IMG/VR virus record: IMGVR_UViG_3300010283_000005
Coordinates: 1-64,000 of that record
From: a virus
Taxonomy: Duplodnaviria > Caudoviricetes
Direction: 5' to 3' (one strand)
DNA: 64,000 bases
The position numbers were made by a program, and so were the translations under genes. The notes under the pieces were generated by a model. It was not told the DNA's origin. It saw only the letters and a program-made list of their open reading frames with translations, and made no database searches. Positions 18,340 through 24,195 of the stretch are shown here, piece by piece. How positions within the stretch are numbered: position 1 is the first letter of the stretch; each line of letters begins with the position of its first letter.

Positions 18340-18469
18340 CGGAAGATAGCTCAATAGGGAGAGCATCAGGATTTTAAGTTCATAGTTCCTAGGTTTAGGA
18401 ACTAACAGCAATCGAATTTGAATAAAAATTGGGACCTGAGGGTTATTGGTTCGAGTCCAATTCTTCCGA
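18340..18469 (+). ncRNA. tRNA-Pro(UGG)-like RNA with a 57-nt insert in the anticodon loop
   Basis: acceptor CGGAAGA/TCTTCCG-A (C1-G72, A73), anticodon stem TCAGG/CCTGA, TGG-GA; insert = GGTT hairpin + TAACAGCAA. Confidence 0.8.
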
Positions 18470-18472
18470 CTT

Positions 18473-18528
18473 TAGATGCTCACAGCAACTAAGATCTCGA
18501 CTGTTAATCGAAAAATCAAACGCATCTA
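18473..18528 (+). ncRNA. minimal ACAGCAA RNA presenting an Asn(GUU) anticodon stem-loop
   Basis: TAGATGC/GCATCTA stem, TCACAGCAA, TCGA-CTGTTAA-TCGA. Confidence 0.7.
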
Positions 18529-18552
18529 GTCCAATTGAAAGGAGAAATTACT

Positions 18553-20073
18553 ATGAGTTTTATGAGTGAACTCAAGAATCAACTGGATGACAAGTACAAT
18601 GTCTCAGTCACTGAGAATGGTGCAATCGGATATCGTACTACAACTCATCCGCTACTGGATCTCAACTTTGCAGTAGCATCGTTGCGTTCAGAATCTGAAC
18701 AAAAAATCACTAAGATGTTCCGCTCAGCTTTTGTTGAGAATCCGGAGCTCGCAATCAAGTGGCTATTCTATGCTCGTGATGTAAGAGGTGGTTTAGGAGA
18801 GCGAAGATTATTCCGAGTTATCTTGGAAGATCTGTGCTTTACATATCCTGAGGTAGCTGATAAGATCCTCAGTCTAATCCCTATCTACGGTAGATATGAT
18901 GACCTCGTTCAGCTTGCTACTGGTGAGTGGAGATATCGTGATAAGGTTGTAGATATCCTCAAGACTCAGCTCGAATCTGATCTTGCTCAGATGGAGATTG
19001 GTCGACCTACTTCTCTGCTAGCTAAGTGGATGCCTTCCGTAAATGCAGGTAGAAATGCCCGTGAAGCAGCATTGATGATCGCTGATTCTATGCGACTCAC
19101 TGAGAATCAGTACCGTAGAAAGCTCAGCAAGCTCCGTAAGTACATCGATCTTGTAGAGAGTCACATGTGTGCAGGAGACTGGTCAGGTATCGAGTACTCC
19201 AAGGTACCTTCTAGGGCTGCTTTGATTTACAAGGATGCATTTATGAAGCATGATTCTGATCGATACTCTGAGTATATCGCTCAGGTCGAGGAGGGATCTG
19301 CTAAGATCAATGCTGGTACCTTGTATCCTCATGATATCGTGGCTCGATATAGTCCCTCTGCTCGAGTATCTCGTGCACTTGATTCTACTCTGGAGGCTAT
19401 GTGGAAAGCACTTCCTGAGGTCGATTTATCAGGTAAGCAGATGCTTGTAGTCAGAGATGGTTCAGGCTCAATGTCTTGGCAGAATGCTGGTAAATCCAAT
19501 GTGAACTGCTTGACTGTAGCTACTGCATTGACCATCTACTTTGCAGAACGTACTACTGGTGAGTTCAAGAATAAGTTCATCACGTTCAGTGCTCGTCCTA
19601 AGCTGATCGATTTGCTTGGATGCGATACTCTCCATGATAAGCTCATTAAGACTTATGCTGAAGATGATTGCTCCAATACTGATCTGTACAAAGTATTTAC
19701 CTTAATCCTTGATACAGCAGTCAGTGCTAATATGGATCAATCAGAGATGCCTGAGAATATCCTGATTTTCAGTGATATGGAGTTCGATGGTCATAAATTT
19801 GACTGGGATACTCGTTTATTTGAAGTCATCTCTGATCAGTATGCTCAGCATGGGTATAAGATTCCTAGGCTGATCTTCTGGAATCTGAATAGTCGCACTG
19901 AGACTATTCCTGTGATCAAGAATGAACTTGGACTAGTCCTCACCAGTGGGTACTCAGTTCAGGCTGGCAAAATGATCATGTCAGGTGAACTTGATCCAAT
20001 GAAAGCACTTGAGGATATCCTCAATGCTGATAGATATCAGCCATTATCTGATGCTCTCAATGAGGAGGTGTGA
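18553..20073 (+). CDS. DUF2828-family TROVE/Ro60-like helical domain + vWA protein
   Basis: TENGA, RDVRGGLGER, LAKWMP, INAGTLYP, DGSGSM (MIDAS), SDMEFD, FWNL motifs. Confidence 0.85.
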   Translation: MSFMSELKNQLDDKYNVSVTENGAIGYRTTTHPLLDLNFAVASLRSESEQKITKMFRSAFVENPELAIKWLFYARDVRGGLGERRLFRVILEDLCFTYPEVADKILSLIPIYGRYDDLVQLATGEWRYRDKVVDILKTQLESDLAQMEIGRPTSLLAKWMPSVNAGRNAREAALMIADSMRLTENQYRRKLSKLRKYIDLVESHMCAGDWSGIEYSKVPSRAALIYKDAFMKHDSDRYSEYIAQVEEGSAKINAGTLYPHDIVARYSPSARVSRALDSTLEAMWKALPEVDLSGKQMLVVRDGSGSMSWQNAGKSNVNCLTVATALTIYFAERTTGEFKNKFITFSARPKLIDLLGCDTLHDKLIKTYAEDDCSNTDLYKVFTLILDTAVSANMDQSEMPENILIFSDMEFDGHKFDWDTRLFEVISDQYAQHGYKIPRLIFWNLNSRTETIPVIKNELGLVLTSGYSVQAGKMIMSGELDPMKALEDILNADRYQPLSDALNEEV

Positions 20074-20075
20074 CT

Positions 20076-20318
20076 ATGATTCTATTCTTAGTAATTATCG
20101 CAATTGCTGACGGTATCATAGTTGCTAAGAGACTGGTGACTATCAAGCCTAAGCGTATGACTTTATGGTCGTTGATCGCTGGTATCATTTATGGCATCAT
20201 CGCACTGATGACCATTGAGTCTGGAGCATCACTGATCGGAGGGTCAGTGATCATGTTTCTTCCAGTAGTACTCTGGTTACTACGAGTGATTCTATTCGGC
20301 ACTCGATTATCTGAGTAA
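20076..20318 (+). CDS. small membrane protein (3 TM)
   Basis: hydrophobic segments; SD present. Confidence 0.6.
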   Translation: MILFLVIIAIADGIIVAKRLVTIKPKRMTLWSLIAGIIYGIIALMTIESGASLIGGSVIMFLPVVLWLLRVILFGTRLSE

Positions 20319-20360
20319 TAGTTCTCTGAGTCACTTGAGACCTTAGGTGACTCAATATAA

Positions 20361-20751
20361 GGGGATGTAACGGTATCGATTGGGTTGTGATGCTACGAAT
20401 TCGTCCGAGTGACTACGTAATAGTCAAACTAAAATAAACGCTAAAGTTGTAAACTTTTTCGGAAGTAGAACTGCTGCTTGTGCAGCCTAAGTTCTTCTGA
20501 CGAATTTCAGATGATACTAAGTGCTACAGCCGATGTCTGATCTTATCAAATAAAGTAGTACGGTTTGGTTGGTTATATACATAGAGGAATAACCTGGTGG
20601 ACTAGCAGAAACCTTTCTGCCCCTGATAATCGAAGTGGTTAGAACTTATTGCCATGCTGAAACATTCGATTGAAAATTTGCAGAAAAGTCAACGACGTAA
20701 AGATTTGTAGAGTAGTGATTCAAGACACGGGTTCGACTCCCGTCATCTCCA
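20361..20751 (+). ncRNA. ssrA: tmRNA
   Basis: GGGGATG/CATCTCC-A acceptor with G3:U70; T-arm ACGGG-TTCGACT-CCCGT; ATAAAC then tag frame 20440-20490 AKVVNFFGSRTAACAA*. Confidence 0.93.
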
Positions 20752-20793
20752 TCACTTTTATTAAGTTATCGGAAATAGTCATTAGTCCTATGC

Positions 20794-20823
20794 AGAGGTA
20801 ATTAGGTTTCAGTGGCGTTTATA
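20794..20823 (+). promoter_or_regulatory. phage promoter copy
   Basis: AGAGGTAAT-N13-CGTTTATA. Confidence 0.7.
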
Positions 20824-20879
20824 TCTATGTCAAGGAAACTTGATTGCGATAGAAATTCACTGAAATTAGGAGGTCACCG

Positions 20880-21074
20880 ATGTTCAATTGGGTCGAAGAA
20901 TTCAAGAAAGCTAATGATGCTTATCAACTTGCATTACAGCAGGAATCGAATGCTGAATTCGATTACATAGAGATTGCAATCAGCAACACTAATGCTGCTA
21001 AGATTCGTCTCGATAATGTAATCAAGAGGGCTAAGTTAGGAGAAATCCCTAATGTACCTCGAGTGATTATCTGA
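20880..21074 (+). CDS. small helical hypothetical protein (YaaL/DUF2508-like)
   Basis: AGGAGG SD; short two-helix pattern with DYIEIAI...NAAK.R. Confidence 0.55.
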   Translation: MFNWVEEFKKANDAYQLALQQESNAEFDYIEIAISNTNAAKIRLDNVIKRAKLGEIPNVPRVII

Positions 21075-21091
21075 TAACTTAGTATTGATAG

Positions 21092-21182
21092 GGTAGTGTG
21101 TCAGAGCGGATGAATGAGACGGTCTTGAAAACCGTTGATGGCTAATAACCATCCGTGGGTTCGAATCCCACCACTACCGCCA
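21092..21182 (+). tRNA. tRNA-Ser(UGA)
   Basis: cloverleaf, ACGGT-CTTGAAA-ACCGT, long variable arm, GCCA end. Confidence 0.93.
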
Positions 21183-21185
21183 TAT

Positions 21186-21271
21186 GGTGAGTTCCCATAA
21201 TCGTTATTGGAGCAGATTGCTAATCTGTCGGTCGAGTAATCGGCTTGAGGGTTCGAGTCCCTCACTCACCG
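21186..21271 (+). tRNA. tRNA-Ser(GCU), CCA not encoded
   Basis: GGTGAGT/ACTCACC; GCAGA-TTGCTAA-TCTGT; long variable arm. Confidence 0.88.
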
Positions 21272-21274
21272 TTT

Positions 21275-21467
21275 GATAATTGAGGGATGTAGGATTAGAA
21301 GCGTCCGTCATCTAAGGAGTGAATTCTGACTATCTGAGCGTTAATACCTCATGTAATTCATACGCTAGTGAGGGTAGCACTGATGTCTAGTCAAGTTGTT
21401 ATAAAGTGCTATCAGATAGTTGACTTGACCATGTGATTCTTAGGCGTAGTAGCACACCTCAGTTATC
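21275..21467 (+). ncRNA. 23S rRNA GTPase-associated-centre (H43/H44) mimic RNA with a 123-nt insertion
   Basis: GGATGTAGGATTAGAAGCGTCCGTCATCTAAGGAGT...GCGTAGTAGCACA closed by an 11-bp stem GATAATTGAGG/CCTCAGTTATC. Confidence 0.8.
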
Positions 21468-21473
21468 TTACTT

Positions 21474-21552
21474 CGGGATGTAGTTCAGTTTGGCTAGAAT
21501 GCGTGATTTGGGATCACGAGGTTCGCAGGTTCAAGTCCTGTCATCCCGACCA
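21474..21552 (+). tRNA. tRNA-Pro(UGG)
   Basis: CGGGATG/CATCCCG-ACCA; CGTGA-TTTGGGA-TCACG. Confidence 0.93.
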
Positions 21553-21567
21553 GAAATCAATCGTCAA

Positions 21568-21597
21568 GGAGTTAATTAAAGTTCCTCGACGTTTATA
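21568..21597 (+). promoter_or_regulatory. phage promoter copy
   Basis: GGAGTTAAT-N13-CGTTTATA. Confidence 0.75.
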
Positions 21598-21626
21598 CTT
21601 CTGTAAGGTTCGAAAGCCTTGCAATT

Positions 21627-21695
21627 TAGGTGCTAACAGCAATTAACAAATAACTTTGAATTCTGATAAACTTCAATCCTTATTTAATGCACCTA
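21627..21695 (+). ncRNA. minimal ACAGCAA RNA presenting an Ile(GAU) anticodon loop
   Basis: TAGGTGC/GCACCTA stem, TAACAGCAA, TTGAATT-CTGATAA-ACTTCAA. Confidence 0.7.
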
Positions 21696-21702
21696 GTAAT
21701 TT

Positions 21703-21788
21703 GAATCAAATAGCTCAATTTGGTAGAGTGCTCGATTCTCCCTTATCCCCGAGTCGAGAGGTAGTAGGTTCGAATCCTACTTGATTCG
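21703..21788 (+). ncRNA. tRNA-like RNA with extended anticodon stem and a C/U-rich 12-nt loop
   Basis: GAATCAA/TTGATTC acceptor, D-arm, GTAGG-TTCGAAT-CCTAC T-arm; CTCGATTC-TCCCTTATCCCC-GAGTCGAG. Confidence 0.7.
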
Positions 21789-21790
21789 CT

Positions 21791-22147
21791 AGGGTCTATG
21801 CTATGTCCCGTGCATACGATCCGTAAATACGGGGACGACATGGCTCATGAGGGTAGTGTAACCCTCATCGAAGCTGAGTTGATCGCTCCCGTTTGAGTGG
21901 GACTCAGTCACTCTTTAGCTCTGCTATGAGAGGGTTCTTGGACGAATAACTAAGAAATACACAGCAGTCGATGAGAACTGAGTGGTGCAGGAACTCGTAG
22001 CTAGGAGATAAGTACAAGGTGTATGGGCAATGATGGTCGCGAGTAGGCGATTAGGCATCAAAAGTCCTAATGACGTTCACTCCGAAATTAAAGAATCACC
22101 ATGTGGAGACTGGTAGGAGTCTCGAGTAATCCTATCAGTTATCCACT
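21791..22147 (+). ncRNA. unassigned large structured RNA (about 355 nt)
   Basis: no ORF; several stems (ATGAGGGT/ACCCTCAT, CTGAGT/ACTCAG, CTGGTAGGA/TCCTATCAG); bounded by tRNA(-like) genes. Confidence 0.55.
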
Positions 22148-22153
22148 AAATAT

Positions 22154-22241
22154 GCTGGTATGGTGGAATTAGGCAGACACTGGGGTCTTAAAAACCCTTG
22201 ATGGTAACATCGTACGAGTTCGAGTCTCGTTACCAGCACCA
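22154..22241 (+). tRNA. tRNA-Leu(UAA)
   Basis: GCTGGTA/TACCAGC-ACCA; GGGGT-CTTAAAA-ACCCT; long variable arm. Confidence 0.92.
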
Positions 22242-22246
22242 TATAA

Positions 22247-22319
22247 TGGCTTGTAGCTCAGCGGTAGTAGCGCCTGACTGTTAATCAGGATGTCGTGGGT
22301 TCGAATCCCACCTAGCCAG
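22247..22319 (+). tRNA. tRNA-Asn(GUU), CCA not encoded
   Basis: CCTGA-CTGTTAA-TCAGG; G73; one acceptor mismatch. Confidence 0.88.
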
Positions 22320-22323
22320 CTTA

Positions 22324-22601
22324 TCACTTAATATATCGTGACCGAGGTTCTAGTGCAGTAAAATTCTGCAGTACTCATTGAGTATAACGCTCCTATCACG
22401 ATATAGCTTGGATTGAGACTGCAGAAACTCATTTCAATCCTATAAAGTGACGCAATTCGATCAGCGTAATCGATCGGCAGGGAATGCTACCTGACAGTAA
22501 GTGCAGACCTCGGTAAGTCGGAGTCCAAGTGCACATGGATAGCTAGAGAAGGTACCCTCTAGTGAGGTGAGACTTAGTCCAGTACTAGAAACTTTACTGC
22601 A
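22324..22601 (+). ncRNA. unassigned multiply pseudoknotted RNA (about 280 nt)
   Basis: TATATCGTGA/TCACGATATA stem whose loop pairs with four downstream segments. Confidence 0.6.
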
Positions 22602-22619
22602 ATCGAAAGGAGTTATTCG

Positions 22620-23084
22620 ATGAGAATCTATACTTCGTACTTCTATCAAATTAGATTCTTCACTCCGAATGTGATACCACTTAGCACTGCTGTGTGGGAT
22701 CCGAAATGGTATCATAACCATCAGGATCAAGGTCACATTTATAAGGATAAGAGAGGAGTGCTCAATGGCATAAGATACACACCATTAGCACCAGGTCAGG
22801 AGTGCTCAGGTGATTGTCATGGTAGAGATAACTGCCAGTTCAATCCTGATAACTGTGTATTCCTTAAGCATTATCTTGATCAGCTTAATAAGATGGATTT
22901 TCAGCAGATGCTCAGAGATCTCAAATCTCTAGCTGATAGCTCCGCTAAGGTATTCAATCTGAAAGGTGATGTGAGCATCTGTCTCATTGTTCATGAAGCT
23001 CCAAGTAATCCTTGCAGTGAAAGAGTCGTGATTCAGCAGTGGTTCAAGGATAATAATTTTCCTATCAATGAATGGTCACGATAA
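22620..23084 (+). CDS. DUF488-like protein
   Basis: MRIYTSYF N-terminus; PKWY; LIVHE..CSER..I..WF. Confidence 0.6.
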   Translation: MRIYTSYFYQIRFFTPNVIPLSTAVWDPKWYHNHQDQGHIYKDKRGVLNGIRYTPLAPGQECSGDCHGRDNCQFNPDNCVFLKHYLDQLNKMDFQQMLRDLKSLADSSAKVFNLKGDVSICLIVHEAPSNPCSERVVIQQWFKDNNFPINEWSR

Positions 23085-23113
23085 TCGAAATCTGATAGTA
23101 GGAGTCATAATAG

Positions 23114-23199
23114 GCTCGTGTGGTGAAATTAGGCAGACACGCTAGATTTAGGATCTAGTTCCGTAAGGAGTACGGGTTCGAGTCCCGTCACGAGTACCA
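23114..23199 (+). tRNA. tRNA-Leu(UAG)
   Basis: GCTCGTG/CACGAGT-ACCA; CTAGA-TTTAGGA-TCTAG. Confidence 0.92.
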
Positions 23200-23317
23200 T
23201 CTTCCATAAGTCACTCCTATCATTAGTATACATAAACGATTCTCACTCAAGAATCGTGGTCGCAATGAGGTAACTCCTCAAAGTGATCAAATACTAATAA
23301 TAGGAGTGATTTGTTGT

Positions 23318-23695
23318 ATGGAAGAAAGAAGAACTGAATCGTTTATGGGTAAGAGTATTCCTGATATTGACCTTAATGGTATGATGGAGGAATCAATTCA
23401 ATGTGTCGAACCTCAGGCAATTGCTGATAAGATCAAGAATATGTCAGCTGATGAAAGAGATAACTTGACTATTGATAAGATTCACTATGATACTTGGGGC
23501 AATATCTCAGCAGTAATGCTGACTTCAGGTGATGTGATCTCAACTGAGACTGCAATAGCCTTAGCTGATCAAAATGCTATCAAGGGCTACTGTGCAGGAT
23601 CTAATAGAGAGCATCAGCGTACTCTGAGGAGCAATCCTGGTGATGAAGAACGTCATCTCCATGATCATCAAATCTTAGAAGATTTGAATAGATGA
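23318..23695 (+). CDS. DUF3892-like protein
   Basis: G.ISAVML..G..IS..TAI.LA ... LRSNPG motif. Confidence 0.55.
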   Translation: MEERRTESFMGKSIPDIDLNGMMEESIQCVEPQAIADKIKNMSADERDNLTIDKIHYDTWGNISAVMLTSGDVISTETAIALADQNAIKGYCAGSNREHQRTLRSNPGDEERHLHDHQILEDLNR

Positions 23696-23717
23696 GCTTA
23701 GCTCATCTAGTACATAA

Positions 23718-23793
23718 GGACCGTTAGTTCAGTCGGTAGAACATCCAGCTCATAACTGGGCAGTCACGGGTTCGAGTCCCCTACGGTCCACCA
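23718..23793 (+). tRNA. tRNA with CAU anticodon, likely Ile2 (lysidine type)
   Basis: GGACCGT/ACGGTCC-ACCA; CTCATAA loop; GGACC acceptor resembles Firmicute tRNA-Ile2. Confidence 0.85.
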
Positions 23794-23796
23794 TAT

Positions 23797-23871
23797 GCAG
23801 GTATAGTACATCGGTTAGTGCGCTTGACTTCCAATCAAGATAGACGGGTTCGACTCCCGCTACCTGCTCCA
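23797..23871 (+). tRNA. tRNA-Gly(UCC)
   Basis: GCAGGTA/TACCTGC-TCCA; CTTGA-CTTCCAA-TCAAG. Confidence 0.92.
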
Positions 23872-23874
23872 TAT

Positions 23875-23951
23875 GCGTCATTAGCTCAGTTGGATAGAGC
23901 AAATGCCTTCTAAGCATTAGGTCACTGGTTCAAATCCTGTATGGCGCACCA
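23875..23951 (+). tRNA. tRNA-Arg(UCU)
   Basis: GCGTCAT/ATGGCGC-ACCA; AATGC-CTTCTAA-GCATT. Confidence 0.92.
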
Positions 23952-23982
23952 TTCTAAATACTTACGTAAAGGAGAAATTACA

Positions 23983-24180
23983 TTGGAAAATCACATTGTT
24001 GAGTTGAAGTCACTTCTGAAGGATATGGATATCCCTAGCTTCCGTAAGGATGATATCGATAAGGTCAACCTTAAGTGGTTAGCTAAGAACCTTGCTAAGC
24101 GTAACATGAATCATCCGAATTACGTTAGAGCGATGCAGCTAGTACATACTATCCTTGAGCAGAAGTCCTACTCACATTGA
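23983..24180 (+). CDS. hypothetical protein
   Basis: AAAGGAG SD + TTG at 23983 (the track start lies inside tRNA-Arg). Confidence 0.55.
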   Translation: MENHIVELKSLLKDMDIPSFRKDDIDKVNLKWLAKNLAKRNMNHPNYVRAMQLVHTILEQKSYSH

Positions 24181-24195
24181 TAGGAGGTAGAATAA

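Noticed and set aside
18211-18469. Group I introns or archaeal bulge-helix-bulge introns in tRNAs
   Set aside because: Inserts are 50-57 nt with no group I core, and I could not draw a convincing BHB at the junctions.
18260-18528. CRISPR-like mini-array from the repeated ACAGCAA motif
   Set aside because: Repeats are short and degenerate, spacing is irregular, the intervening sequence is tRNA structure, and no cas genes are present.
21275-21467. A genuine 23S rRNA gene or host contamination
   Set aside because: Only about 50 nt match. The match is split by a 123-nt insert, closed by a non-rRNA stem and flanked by phage tRNAs, so it is treated as a mimic.
22461-22736. Minus-strand 91-aa ORF and other short minus-strand or nested ORFs in the track
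   Set aside because: They overlap well-supported + strand genes or RNAs and lack motifs; transcription signals all point to +.
23941-23982. Track start of ORF 23941-24180
   Set aside because: The ATG lies inside tRNA-Arg; the SD-linked TTG at 23983 is the likely start.
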